64,000 nt of DNA from a virus (taxonomy: Duplodnaviria > Heunggongvirae > Uroviricota > Caudoviricetes), in the IMG/VR virus record IMGVR_UViG_3300027320_000003, positions 6,192 through 70,191 of that record. The stretch is one strand, 5' to 3'. The position numbers and the translations under genes were made by a program. Numbering within the stretch: position 1 is the stretch's first letter; each line of letters starts with the position of its first letter. The notes beneath the pieces are model-generated. The model saw only the letters and a list, made by a program, of their open reading frames with translations, did no database searches and was not told where the DNA came from. Of the stretch, positions 1 through 9,131 are shown piece by piece.

Positions 1-2
1 GA

Positions 3-104
3 AGCGTGGTTAACCCAACCGGCGGAACCACTCTTGTTGGAGTAGACCAGGCTCACAATAACATGCCTCCGTCCATCGTAGTCAACTGGATGATTAAAAC
101 TTAA
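3..104 (+). CDS. C-terminal end of a tail-collar/fibre protein (truncated at window start)
   Basis: Frame from 3 reads ...DQAHNNMPPSIVVNWMIKT*, paralogous to the end of 113..1078 (TPHNNMQPSTVITWIIKT*). Confidence 0.75.
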   Translation, partial: SVVNPTGGTTLVGVDQAHNNMPPSIVVNWMIKT

Positions 105-112
105 GGTACACA

Positions 113-1078
113 ATGGCAAGCATCCCTATTATCAATCTTCCAGTGCTCCCAGGTGGAGCGGTCAATAACACCTACATCCCAGTTACCTATAATGGCGTAA
201 CATACCGGATGCCAGCGTTCTCGATGCCACCACAGATCCTAGCCGATAGCTCTATCACCGGCAATAAGATTATTGACCTTAACATTACCACCGCTAAACT
301 AGCCGATCTCGCTGTTACATTAGCTAAGTTAGCTGTAAACAGCGTTGGTGAATCTAAGATTATTGACGGGGCAGTTTCAAATAGTAAACTCGCAGATGAC
401 GCTGTTAGCACCGCTAAGATGCTCAACGCGGCTATTACCGCCGCTAAACTCGCGGATGGTAGCGTTGGTACATCCAAGCTCATTGACAATGCCGTAACTG
501 CCGCTAAGATTCTCGCTGACGCAATTACCACGAGCAAGATCGTAGACGCCGCTGTTACTACGAATAAGTTAGCTGACCAGAGTGTTACTGCCGCAAAACT
601 AGCGCCGAGTGTTGGTCTTGCGATTCCAGCTGGTATTATATTCCCGTGGGCTACAGGAACTGCCCCTGGCGGATATCTGAGCTGTGATGGCGCGGCCGTA
701 TCACGGACAGGATTTTCAACGCTGTTTGGCGTGATTAGCACGTTATGGGGCCCTGGTGACGGTGTCTCTACCTTTAATCTTCCAAACCTCGCTGGTCGTA
801 CGCTGGTCGGTGCTGGAACATATACTGACCCGGTGAGTGGTTCAGTCACGCGAACGTTTGGTCAGAGCATTGGAGCTGAGAAGCACCAACTGACTGTGGC
901 CGAGTTAGCGGCACATAGCCACTTCTACAGCGTTTGGAACAGTAATGGCGCCGCCGGTGGAAGTATTGAGGGAGCTACTCCGTATAATAGGCAATATCAA
1001 ACGACAAATGCCGGTGGTGATACTCCGCATAATAACATGCAGCCTTCCACCGTTATTACGTGGATCATTAAAACGTAG
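113..1078 (+). CDS. Tail fibre protein with 10-aa VTxxKLAxxx repeats and C-terminal phage tail-collar domain
   Basis: About 11 decamer repeats (ITTAKLADLA...VTAAKLAPSV), then IPAGIIFPWATGTAPGGYLSCDGAAVSRT...FNLPNLAGRTLVGAG collar motif. Confidence 0.85.
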   Translation: MASIPIINLPVLPGGAVNNTYIPVTYNGVTYRMPAFSMPPQILADSSITGNKIIDLNITTAKLADLAVTLAKLAVNSVGESKIIDGAVSNSKLADDAVSTAKMLNAAITAAKLADGSVGTSKLIDNAVTAAKILADAITTSKIVDAAVTTNKLADQSVTAAKLAPSVGLAIPAGIIFPWATGTAPGGYLSCDGAAVSRTGFSTLFGVISTLWGPGDGVSTFNLPNLAGRTLVGAGTYTDPVSGSVTRTFGQSIGAEKHQLTVAELAAHSHFYSVWNSNGAAGGSIEGATPYNRQYQTTNAGGDTPHNNMQPSTVITWIIKT

Positions 1079-1556
1079 ACTCAATCCGCTCCAGAAATCC
1101 ATCAAATCTAGAAATTACATCGGCGCGCAGTTCGGTGAATGTTAGGTAATCAAATCTGAAGTCGAACATCCGGCTCTCGTCAATCCCTAGGTAGGCAGCC
1201 TTTAATTTCAAGTTGCCGCTATGCCGGTCACCCCATGCCTCGTTATCTATTAGGATAGACTTTGGAGCCACGTCGTGCTCCTTAGCAGTAAAGTAATACC
1301 CTCCGTAGATACCCGTCGTCTCTGTGTCCGTGAAATCTCCACGGGCTATAATCTCCGAGAATACGCCTGCGAAGTGTCTCCTCTCCATCTCAAGGGCCCG
1401 AGGGCGCGTAGACATGGTTATAACCCGGACATCGTAACCATGCCTCGTGCACATACCGACCATCTCCCAAGCGGTTGGGTTAAGGATAACCTCTCCGTTC
1501 CAGGTTGCATCGGTGAGAAGTGTCTCATCCATATCAAAGTAAGCTATTTTGTTCAT
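1068..1556 (-). CDS. HAD-superfamily hydrolase
   Basis: N-terminal YFDMDETL (DxDxT motif I); ILIDN motif near C-terminus. Confidence 0.65.
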   Translation of the reverse strand: MNKIAYFDMDETLLTDATWNGEVILNPTAWEMVGMCTRHGYDVRVITMSTRPRALEMERRHFAGVFSEIIARGDFTDTETTGIYGGYYFTAKEHDVAPKSILIDNEAWGDRHSGNLKLKAAYLGIDESRMFDFRFDYLTFTELRADVISRFDGFLERIESTF

Positions 1557-1563
1557 TTTCTAC

Positions 1564-1591
1564 TTTCCAAGGCCCATTGTTGATGTATTCT
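1564..1591 (+). promoter_or_regulatory. Class A promoter-like element TTTCCA-N16-TATTCT (leadered, SD AAAGGA before 1623)
   Basis: TTTCCA 1564-1569, 16-nt spacer, TATTCT 1586-1591; same geometry at 12 other sites in the window. Confidence 0.7.
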
Positions 1592-1622
1592 GCTACTATA
1601 ACAACAAAACAAAGGACCCAAA

Positions 1623-2219
1623 TTGAAAAAGCTAAACTTCGGTGAAGTCAAGGAAAAGAAATCGAAATCTGCCATCCCAGTAATAGATGGTGTCGACGCG
1701 TCTAAGCGGGCCATGGTGGATGCGTTAGTTCGCAACTCAACCACTATTGAGACTCTAACCAAGGCGGTTGATGACGCTAAGGAGCAACTAACGGGTCTAG
1801 CTCGTCCGTATTGGTTTGAGCACAACAATGGTAAGAGCGAGATCTTCTCATCCGTGAAGATTAAGGGCAATAAAGAGGCCGTCATGATCACATTTAAAAA
1901 TCAATACAAGGCCATCGATGAGGGTCTTGTAAAGGAAATCTTCCCGCGTGAACTCCAGGACAAACTGTTCGCCAACACTTTTGAAGTTAAGATCGATGGA
2001 TCGTTGATCCCTGAGCTTAAGGCACAGGCAGTTGTTGACGATCTTAACAAGCTGATGGTTAAGCATGGAATTGAAGGTGCCATCTCTTTCAGCCAAAAGA
2101 TCAAACCTAAGGCTGAATTCCACGAGATCCGACACAGCATGTTTGATACCAGTACCAATTTGCAACTACAGGAAATCCTGCCGGTTGCTTCCTCTGTCAA
2201 AGTCAAGGGAGTGGTGTAA
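1623..2219 (+). CDS. Hypothetical phage protein
   Basis: 198-aa ORF, TTG start with SD and upstream promoter-like motif. Confidence 0.7.
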   Translation: MKKLNFGEVKEKKSKSAIPVIDGVDASKRAMVDALVRNSTTIETLTKAVDDAKEQLTGLARPYWFEHNNGKSEIFSSVKIKGNKEAVMITFKNQYKAIDEGLVKEIFPRELQDKLFANTFEVKIDGSLIPELKAQAVVDDLNKLMVKHGIEGAISFSQKIKPKAEFHEIRHSMFDTSTNLQLQEILPVASSVKVKGVV

Positions 2220-2255
2220 ACCAGCACGAACCCTACTTAGGGAGATACCCTGACA

Positions 2256-2355
2256 GGTTGACGACCGACCTACCCGTGCGAAGGTAGGTCAGATTTGGTC
2301 TCCAGACCACGCGCAACCGCCTAGCCGAACAACGGTTTTGGCGGTTGCGTCAACC
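2256..2355 (+). ncRNA. Candidate structured ncRNA (four-way junction)
   Basis: Closing stem GGTTGACG 2256-63/CGTCAACC 2348-55 enclosing hairpins GACCTACC/GGTAGGTC, TGGTC/GACCA and CAACCGCC/GGCGGTTG. Confidence 0.45.
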
Positions 2356-2396
2356 CAGAACACCGATATCACAACGCCTATGGAGTTCTAACCGAC

Positions 2397-2747
2397 ATGG
2401 GTATTAAAGACATTCCGCTCCACGACCACAAGCATGGCAAGTACAGCCAGAAGGCTGTGGATAAACGGCGGCGCACCGACAAGGCACCCGTAGACCAGAG
2501 TCACGCCGCTGGCGGTAAGTCACTTGGATGGAAAACAACTTCGATAGGTGTGGTCAAGATGAGCAGTCTCGACCGGTACCTCACGAAATGGACCGGTCGA
2601 CCATATAACCTCCTTATGAGCCAACTCTCAATCGATAAGTCGCATAAGGGTCGTACCCTGCGAGAGGAGGTTCGTGAAGCCTTTCGTGGGAGGCATGCGA
2701 AATGGACCACCGACAAGCAAGAACGTATCCAACGGAGAAAACAATGA
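2397..2747 (+). CDS. Hypothetical basic protein
   Basis: 116-aa ORF preceded by GTTCT-N7-ATG; ATGA overlap with next gene. Confidence 0.6.
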   Translation: MGIKDIPLHDHKHGKYSQKAVDKRRRTDKAPVDQSHAAGGKSLGWKTTSIGVVKMSSLDRYLTKWTGRPYNLLMSQLSIDKSHKGRTLREEVREAFRGRHAKWTTDKQERIQRRKQ

Positions 2748-3127
2748 AAATAGTAATGGCTATCATATCCGGAACAGACAAGAGTGGAGCAGTGCGTTCA
2801 TTGGAACTTAACTCACCAGTCGCGTTATCGCCACACGCAATTGACACCTGGCTATACAAACATCCTACTATTGATACGTTTGATGCCATTGAGACGGTTC
2901 AGGATGCATCCGTGAAATTTATCGAGCTTGAACCCGGAATGAAACCAAGCACGTTGGTCAAGGATGTTAACCGCCTGATTAAGAGATACGGTGATGTTCC
3001 TATCGACGTCACTGAGAGCTATGGAAATTTAAACATTCGCCCGAGAGTGTACAAGCAACAAAAAACATCGTATCAAGTAACGCGATCAATGAAACCTAAT
3101 TGGGTTCCAACCAAACGCTGGCCATAG
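2744..3127 (+). CDS. Hypothetical protein
   Basis: ORF; start chosen at the ATG overlapping the upstream stop. Confidence 0.55.
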   Translation: MKIVMAIISGTDKSGAVRSLELNSPVALSPHAIDTWLYKHPTIDTFDAIETVQDASVKFIELEPGMKPSTLVKDVNRLIKRYGDVPIDVTESYGNLNIRPRVYKQQKTSYQVTRSMKPNWVPTKRWP

Positions 3128-3230
3128 TAACCTTATTCATTAAAATTGTGCTGCTTACTAAGCAATCAATATTTACTCCTTAGTAAATTTTAACACCCGC
3201 AGTAAATAACATCATTTTTGTAGTTAATAC

Positions 3231-4142
3231 GTGAACACTGCACAAGCATTCCTAGACGCGCGCCTCTATTGGCTAACCTGGAGCCGCGATCGTAAGGCCA
3301 CAGGCCGCACCATGAACCGGATGTTTGCCTCTATCCCGAGAATTGGTGAAGGTCTACGCTTGGCCATTCCAGATGGGATTAGCACAAACCCACTCATGGT
3401 TCCGCGCCATTTCGGTGCTGACGGTGGTGTGCAGGCTAAGATTTGTGATAAGCTACGAGCCCTGGTAAGTTGTATCAATTCTGATGCGGATCTAAATAGG
3501 TTGATGGACGAGGTTGACAATCCGAGGGATGGCGGGTCGTTCACTGATTGTTTCATTGCCCGCGGAGCCGGTGATACGCCGATTGTCATTTGTGAGTTTA
3601 TAACCTACGCTAACCTAAAGTATGTCCAGCTACCTTTATTGGATGTAAAAACCGCCGAGCGGTATCGAGAATGGACACGACGGATGCTAGCCTATGTTAT
3701 CAAGTATCAATCAGCTCAGCTCAATAACCACCTCACCTGGAAGGCGCTCTATATCGCATCTTGTGGATTAGTGCTAAGTGACACAGTTGCACTCGAGATT
3801 GCGAACTACCTCTTTAACACCGCATGCTGGATGATTGACCATGATGGATCGATGCCACTCGAGCTAATGCGAGAGGACAAGTCAATGTCCTACACCCGCA
3901 TGAACCTAGAGGCGCTGGTCTGGCTTGACCGCATCTTTGGCAAGCGGTGTGAGGTTACACTCGCCCTGCAGAATTTTGAAGGCATGTTGGACGATCCTCT
4001 GGGTTGGATTAAGCGGTATGGCCTACCTGGCCAGCGTATGCCCGGTAACACCTCCAACTGGCGCTGGTTGCTATGGAGTCGTGATAACCGCAGCACCGCC
4101 AACGAGATGGACAGCTATATTTCGTCGTATCTTCGTGTGTAG
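3231..4142 (+). CDS. Alginate-lyase-like polysaccharide lyase (alpha/alpha toroid, PF05426-type)
   Basis: LNNHLTW motif and IDHDGSMPLELMREDKSMSYTRMNLEAL segment resemble the NNH and DG-x-x-P-x-E-L-x-R...Y motifs of this family. Confidence 0.65.
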   Translation: MNTAQAFLDARLYWLTWSRDRKATGRTMNRMFASIPRIGEGLRLAIPDGISTNPLMVPRHFGADGGVQAKICDKLRALVSCINSDADLNRLMDEVDNPRDGGSFTDCFIARGAGDTPIVICEFITYANLKYVQLPLLDVKTAERYREWTRRMLAYVIKYQSAQLNNHLTWKALYIASCGLVLSDTVALEIANYLFNTACWMIDHDGSMPLELMREDKSMSYTRMNLEALVWLDRIFGKRCEVTLALQNFEGMLDDPLGWIKRYGLPGQRMPGNTSNWRWLLWSRDNRSTANEMDSYISSYLRV

Positions 4143-4154
4143 TTATGGTATATC

Positions 4155-4889
4155 ATGGCAACCACACCATTTGACAAATCTCGCATTACCGTCTCGGAGG
4201 CGTGTAATAACCTGTCGCAGATCAATGCTGGCCTAATAGACCAACTCCTAGGGCTACGCCGTCGATTGGCTGCTCTACAAAACGCTGCTGATCTACTTAA
4301 GAATTCCGCCAGCAATTACAACCTGCCAGATCTTAACCGCATGGTACCAGCGAAGGATGTAGGATTGGACACCTATAACAAGTTAAAGGCTGCATGTCCG
4401 GATATAAATTTGCCAAATATCAACGGTATCGCCGATCTTAACGCGCTCTATCAAACCTTTAAGGATGCATACCGGGCGATTATTAACGCGCTTGACACGA
4501 GTCCACTAGGCATGCTCGCCCAATTGGAGGGACAGTTCATTAGCGCCATTCAGGATATGCTTAACAGTCTTGGCGGTAACGAATCGCTCCTGCATTGCCT
4601 ATGTCAATCCGAGAACATCTATGCCCAATTTCCAACCTGGGACCAAAACAAACAGAATGCTATCGACACCTACAAATACTCCAAAGGAGTTGTTGATGGC
4701 AGCGAAAACGGGCTGCTAAACAGTAACTTAAAGAGCAAGGTGCAGGACCTGAATAATACCAAACAGTTGCTAACCGGCCTGTCAGAGGCCAAGGTTGGTG
4801 AGGTTGGCAGCTATGACTCTGCCTCAAAGAAATCAACCGATCTCGTATCCACCGAGGTAGACAGTTTTAAGACTAAGGTTGGGTTTTAA
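4155..4889 (+). CDS. Hypothetical helical protein (possibly virion)
   Basis: 244-aa ORF, GTAGTTAT motif upstream. Confidence 0.65.
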   Translation: MATTPFDKSRITVSEACNNLSQINAGLIDQLLGLRRRLAALQNAADLLKNSASNYNLPDLNRMVPAKDVGLDTYNKLKAACPDINLPNINGIADLNALYQTFKDAYRAIINALDTSPLGMLAQLEGQFISAIQDMLNSLGGNESLLHCLCQSENIYAQFPTWDQNKQNAIDTYKYSKGVVDGSENGLLNSNLKSKVQDLNNTKQLLTGLSEAKVGEVGSYDSASKKSTDLVSTEVDSFKTKVGF

Positions 4890-4942
4890 AATATTTTTAA
4901 AATAAAACTTTCCACTCCGCGGGCACGGTGTACCTTCCAAGT

Positions 4943-5167
4943 ATGAAAACGCTTTGGACGAAGACTTCGGATGGAAAAGTGGTGCTCCTCCTAGACGGAC
5001 ACCTGGTAGCATGGTATTGGGATAAGGATTGGTCTAAGACCCCTAAAGTTATACCGTGCTATATCTACGATAGAAAATGCACTGTTATTTGTGAACATCG
5101 GGCTATTGAATTAGAGGTGGTTAAACGAACAACCTCTATTTTAGCTAAGCTAACCAACTACCTCTAA
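4943..5167 (+). CDS. Hypothetical protein (leaderless start at 4943)
   Basis: TTTCCA 4909-14, N16, TACCTT 4931-36, N6, ATG. Confidence 0.55.
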   Translation: MKTLWTKTSDGKVVLLLDGHLVAWYWDKDWSKTPKVIPCYIYDRKCTVICEHRAIELEVVKRTTSILAKLTNYL

Positions 5168-5174
5168 GGCCAGT

Positions 5175-5411
5175 ATGAATCACGATAATGATCCCAAGAG
5201 AGTTAAGGTAACCGTAGATTTTGAACCGGCCACCTTTGACCAAGAGACTGGACAGATTCATTGGAAAAGATTGATGGGCACCATAACGTTCTCAATTCAC
5301 GACAGTTGGAACTACTGGAGAGACAATAGCACCATCGAGGTTGATGGCAAGACGATTCGATTTGATAGACCGGTTCGTAAGGCTACTCGATTAGTACTGG
5401 GGCTCAGATAG
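5175..5411 (+). CDS. Hypothetical protein
   Basis: 78-aa ORF in co-oriented run. Confidence 0.5.
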   Translation: MNHDNDPKRVKVTVDFEPATFDQETGQIHWKRLMGTITFSIHDSWNYWRDNSTIEVDGKTIRFDRPVRKATRLVLGLR

Positions 5412-5457
5412 AAGGCCTATTAACTTTCCACCGTGCACCGCGTGTGTATTCTTCCTT

Positions 5458-6057
5458 ATGACAGCTATTCTTAAATTCATTGGTGGTTTTATAGTTTTTA
5501 CGCTGCTGCTTGCGGTGTCTGGACTATGGTGGGTTTTTACCGACGCTCGCCGGTACATCGTAGATGTTAACTTTTGGAAGGCACCCGTAAACTCCGCATG
5601 TGCTATTCTAATCATCGCTCTTATGTCGGCGGTTGGAGCTTTCTTTCCTATCATCATAGTAACGTTGTGCAGCGGTTCAGACATCGCCTTTACAACGTAT
5701 CCCGCAATTGCCGGTTCTATTTTTGTCCTAGGAATAATCAGATCGGTATACACTACGGCTAGGGTTAGATTAGCCGTATGGAAAAATCCAATCTCTTTTG
5801 CACCATTTGATTCGTTATCGGCTAAGTTACTTGGTTGGAATGACTTTGACGACTACGTGATGTACCGTGAATGGTACAGAGGTAGGCTTGGAGTAGACGA
5901 TGTTCTTCGCCTCGGTGGAAGCATCGCTAAGTGGAAATCAACCATGAAATTTATGGGAATAGACCATGAACCATGCCGGTTAACCAATGCCGTAAAGAGT
6001 ACAGAACTTGTTGAGGTTATCGTGGGAAACATCCAGTCCAATCACGGGTTGAATTAA
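5458..6057 (+). CDS. Membrane protein (2-3 TM segments)
   Basis: Hydrophobic stretches; TTTCCA 5425-30, N16, TATTCT 5447-52, N5, ATG. Confidence 0.65.
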   Translation: MTAILKFIGGFIVFTLLLAVSGLWWVFTDARRYIVDVNFWKAPVNSACAILIIALMSAVGAFFPIIIVTLCSGSDIAFTTYPAIAGSIFVLGIIRSVYTTARVRLAVWKNPISFAPFDSLSAKLLGWNDFDDYVMYREWYRGRLGVDDVLRLGGSIAKWKSTMKFMGIDHEPCRLTNAVKSTELVEVIVGNIQSNHGLN

Positions 6058-6058
6058 T

Positions 6059-6265
6059 ATGAGACGAATTCACCGGAATATCTATGGAAATTGGAATGGA
6101 TACAGCGGTTCACGCAAAATCGTGGAATTTGGAACACGGGAGCGTGATGCTAGAACATGGCTCGCCTGGAACGGTGGAACACCGGGTGAGGATGGACCAC
6201 GCGACCAGCTTAGTCGAAGCTGTTGGAAGAGGAATTGTGAGCGCCTGTCACCGTCCAATAGGTAA
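6059..6265 (+). CDS. Hypothetical protein
   Basis: 68-aa ORF in co-oriented run. Confidence 0.45.
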   Translation: MRRIHRNIYGNWNGYSGSRKIVEFGTRERDARTWLAWNGGTPGEDGPRDQLSRSCWKRNCERLSPSNR

Positions 6266-6280
6266 ACTCGCGGAGACGCT

Positions 6281-6553
6281 ATGAAAAATATCTATATCGT
6301 AGTGAACGATAGACATCATGACTATCTTGAAGTAATAGCCGTTTGTGAAGATGGCGCGGTGGTTTGCGGCCACGTTTGCTCAAACAGCGAGTGGATCAAC
6401 CATGACATGGGAATAACATCCACGAAAAAACATGAATACTATGATCGTCATTGCGGAGTTGGTAATTGGAAGCTTGAGTACGTGCCAAATATTCAGGAGC
6501 ACGAGGAACTTAAGAGAATACGTGATGCTGGTCTTAGGCTCGTAGACATTTAA
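6281..6553 (+). CDS. Hypothetical protein
   Basis: 90-aa ORF with GGAG SD. Confidence 0.6.
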   Translation: MKNIYIVVNDRHHDYLEVIAVCEDGAVVCGHVCSNSEWINHDMGITSTKKHEYYDRHCGVGNWKLEYVPNIQEHEELKRIRDAGLRLVDI

Positions 6554-6572
6554 CAACCGGATAGACCGCCGT

Positions 6573-6983
6573 ATGAAATATAATTTATCAGCCACGAATG
6601 AACGAACTAGAACAGCTAAGATACTACGCTTATTTGAACATGGTCAAATAAGCTGCCGTAAGGCCGTAGATTTATTACTAGAACTCGGTCGTGGAGCATA
6701 CTTTCTGTATATCGATGAGGACGTAGCTAACCTGGAGCAACATCTTAGACGTCTAGGTTATAGCGTTAGAACTATTCCAAAAGGATCTCCTGATCAGCTT
6801 CTAAAGAGGTGCGCTTGTGGAAATCTAATCGTTGACTTCGTGATCCAACAGCGTGTAACCTACCGCATCAACGAGATTGTCACGTTTTTTCGAGTTACAC
6901 TGCCTGACCAACTTCATAGCTGCCATCATCCGACAAACAAGACTCCCAGACACCTCCACGTCTTGCTGGTTATGGGCCGATAA
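6573..6983 (+). pseudogene. Apparently truncated PIN-like (DUF5615/Mut7-C-type) protein
   Basis: LYIDEDVANLEQHLRRLGYSVRTIPKGSPD resembles the N-half of this family; from ~6825 the frame is the antisense of the convergent gene. Confidence 0.35.
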
Positions 6984-7565
6984 CAGGGCCTCCCACGTCC
7001 GAGCAACATGTTTCATGGAGGTAGAGGCGCTTCCGTAGGACTGGTGACGCTCACCACCGACGATTGACCGTGCCTCCTCCTCGATTGGACCCTGGTAGTT
7101 TATCGCGTCAGACTGGCGTTGATACCAGACCGTAAGGCCAAGACACATTGCCATGTCATGCTCTAGGCGCGCTCCTCGGCTATTCTTCCATCCATCTAGC
7201 ATGTACAGATGAGATGACCCAAGCACCTGTTCAATCGATTTACGGATGTATGTTTCGTAGGACAGGTCTAGTCTACCATCAAAATTCTCAGCTGGGTTGA
7301 TAACATGCTCGATGTGAAGAGTTTCGCGCCATTGAGCTGCGGCCTCATTAAACTTCGGCCTATTATAATTCTCAATCCCTGTCATTGGGCCAGCGATGTA
7401 GATCCTCTTGATGCCGGGAAAAACCTTTGACCGTGCAGTATCACGCAGCATATCACCTTGGCAGTCAAATAGGTGAATTAAAAGTAGGTTGTTGACTACA
7501 CCTCGCCATGGGCCAAACTCCTCTGGCCCAGCAGTTAAACTGGATTCAAATAGCCTCTTAGCCAT
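6825..7565 (-). CDS. DUF4406 (nucleoside 2-deoxyribosyltransferase-like) + DUF6378-like fusion; real start may be 7451
   Basis: RIYIAGPMTG...VINPAEN...LDGWKNSRGARLEH, then ERHQSYG...MMAAMKLVR...DNLVDAVGY. Confidence 0.75.
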   Translation of the reverse strand: MAKRLFESSLTAGPEEFGPWRGVVNNLLLIHLFDCQGDMLRDTARSKVFPGIKRIYIAGPMTGIENYNRPKFNEAAAQWRETLHIEHVINPAENFDGRLDLSYETYIRKSIEQVLGSSHLYMLDGWKNSRGARLEHDMAMCLGLTVWYQRQSDAINYQGPIEEEARSIVGGERHQSYGSASTSMKHVARTWEALLSAHNQQDVEVSGSLVCRMMAAMKLVRQCNSKKRDNLVDAVGYTLLDHEVND

Positions 7566-8311
7566 AAACCTCTGCTTGTTGGTACTGGTGAAACGTACCG
7601 GGTTTTAGCGTAGAACCCATCTCCCTCACGGTCACTCTCGGTGGTGCCAGGTTGTGGGCTAGTATTACCTTCAATCGTGTCGATTCGTGTCTCCCCGTTC
7701 CACCTGACCACTATTCCACAATGGCCAAGCGCCGTTCCACCATTTTGCATGAAGAAAATTGCGCCAGGTCTTGGACTCTGTGATATAAGACCTAGACCAC
7801 GGAAATTGTTGAACGAGTCCATTACGGATGGGTTCATGTTATCGACGAAAAACTTCGGCACGCTTGGACCGTACGCTACCATCCATGCCATCCTAGCAGC
7901 GGATGCGCAATATGGCCAACCAGGTTGCCAACCACCATATCTCTGCAGGTTAGTAGCTAGAAGTTTGGCACGTTCATCTAGACCTGGAGTAGCCGGGTCG
8001 TCCCATACGCGGTTATTTTTAACCTCCTCTAGACCAACAAATTGGTGTGCAACATCTATAATTTTAGACCCGATTCCGGTGATTGAGACGGTTGGAACTG
8101 GCGCGTCTACCTTTTTTGCACTGGTCGACAATATTCTTGACCAAGTCGCCGGACCAACAATACCATCAGATGTTAGGCCATTCTTAAGCTGGTACGTCTT
8201 AACAGCGGAGTATGTCGCTGGTCCGTAATCACCGTCAGCCTTAATACCGAGGCGAGTTTGGAGCTCAGCAACAGCTGCTCCAGTGCTACCAATTCTGAGA
8301 ATACCCGTCAT
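7535..8311 (-). CDS. Endolysin: PG_binding_1 + CHAP domain
   Basis: LRIGSTGAAVAELQTRLGIKADGDYGPAT...DGIVGPATW; PYCAS, GHCGIVV, TIEGNT catalytic motifs. Confidence 0.9.
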   Translation of the reverse strand: MTGILRIGSTGAAVAELQTRLGIKADGDYGPATYSAVKTYQLKNGLTSDGIVGPATWSRILSTSAKKVDAPVPTVSITGIGSKIIDVAHQFVGLEEVKNNRVWDDPATPGLDERAKLLATNLQRYGGWQPGWPYCASAARMAWMVAYGPSVPKFFVDNMNPSVMDSFNNFRGLGLISQSPRPGAIFFMQNGGTALGHCGIVVRWNGETRIDTIEGNTSPQPGTTESDREGDGFYAKTRYVSPVPTSRGLWLRGYLNPV

Positions 8312-8313
8312 GG

Positions 8314-9108
8314 TTACACCTGAGGTTCGTCAGACGGTTGATCTTTGCTCTTACGGCGACGGCGTTTCTTACCGGTCTCCTCAATAGCAACCATAGGTGT
8401 TGGTTCAACCGAGGCTGGTGAAACTGGGATCGCCTGTTCAACTGGCTTAGTAGTTCCAAGAGCTTTGCCGAGCAGTGCACTCATGTCGGTAGTAATTGGA
8501 ACGTCGTCAATCTCCTGTGCCTCTTCGACTATAGGTTGCGGTGCGCTAATGGCCCTCTCTTTCAATCCGGAGTATGGGTTAGCTTTCGCTTGGCGAGGTA
8601 CGTTTCGTGATGTACCTGTTTGAATGTCTCGTGGGTTGCTTGATCCATTGTCTTGGTTTGCTTCAAATCCGATTGGAGCGTTAATCAGGCCAGCATTCAC
8701 CGCTTCATTCACCGTGAATCCCTTAACAGGGTTGCCAAGTTGGCGTCCGTCCTCTACCTTTGTTTGAGCGTTTGGCATGGTTGGGCGAAGCGCCTCACCA
8801 TGGACATCAATAAACACGTTCTGCGATCCACTGATGACAGAGGTACCGCGTTCACGGTTAGGTTTAACCGGGCGGCGTAGATGGTTGATTGGTACAAGCT
8901 GACCATTCGGAGATTTCTCAGCGGCGAGTAATCCTACGCCAACGTGCTTAGCGAGCTCAGGATCGTTAACCTTTAGGCCATCAGAATCGATGATGTGCTT
9001 CTTTGATCCAACGTTGAATTGGAGTCCAAGTCGACCCGTGGAAATTTGAATTGGATAATCATTTGGGTTAAAATAACCCAACACATCGGTTTGTATGGCA
9101 TTTGACAT
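8314..9108 (-). CDS. Hypothetical protein with basic C-terminal tail
   Basis: 264-aa ORF; GTTCT-N7-ATG upstream; KKRRRRKSK tail. Confidence 0.7.
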   Translation of the reverse strand: MSNAIQTDVLGYFNPNDYPIQISTGRLGLQFNVGSKKHIIDSDGLKVNDPELAKHVGVGLLAAEKSPNGQLVPINHLRRPVKPNRERGTSVISGSQNVFIDVHGEALRPTMPNAQTKVEDGRQLGNPVKGFTVNEAVNAGLINAPIGFEANQDNGSSNPRDIQTGTSRNVPRQAKANPYSGLKERAISAPQPIVEEAQEIDDVPITTDMSALLGKALGTTKPVEQAIPVSPASVEPTPMVAIEETGKKRRRRKSKDQPSDEPQV

Positions 9109-9131
9109 GCACGGTAGAACACCATGGGGCG

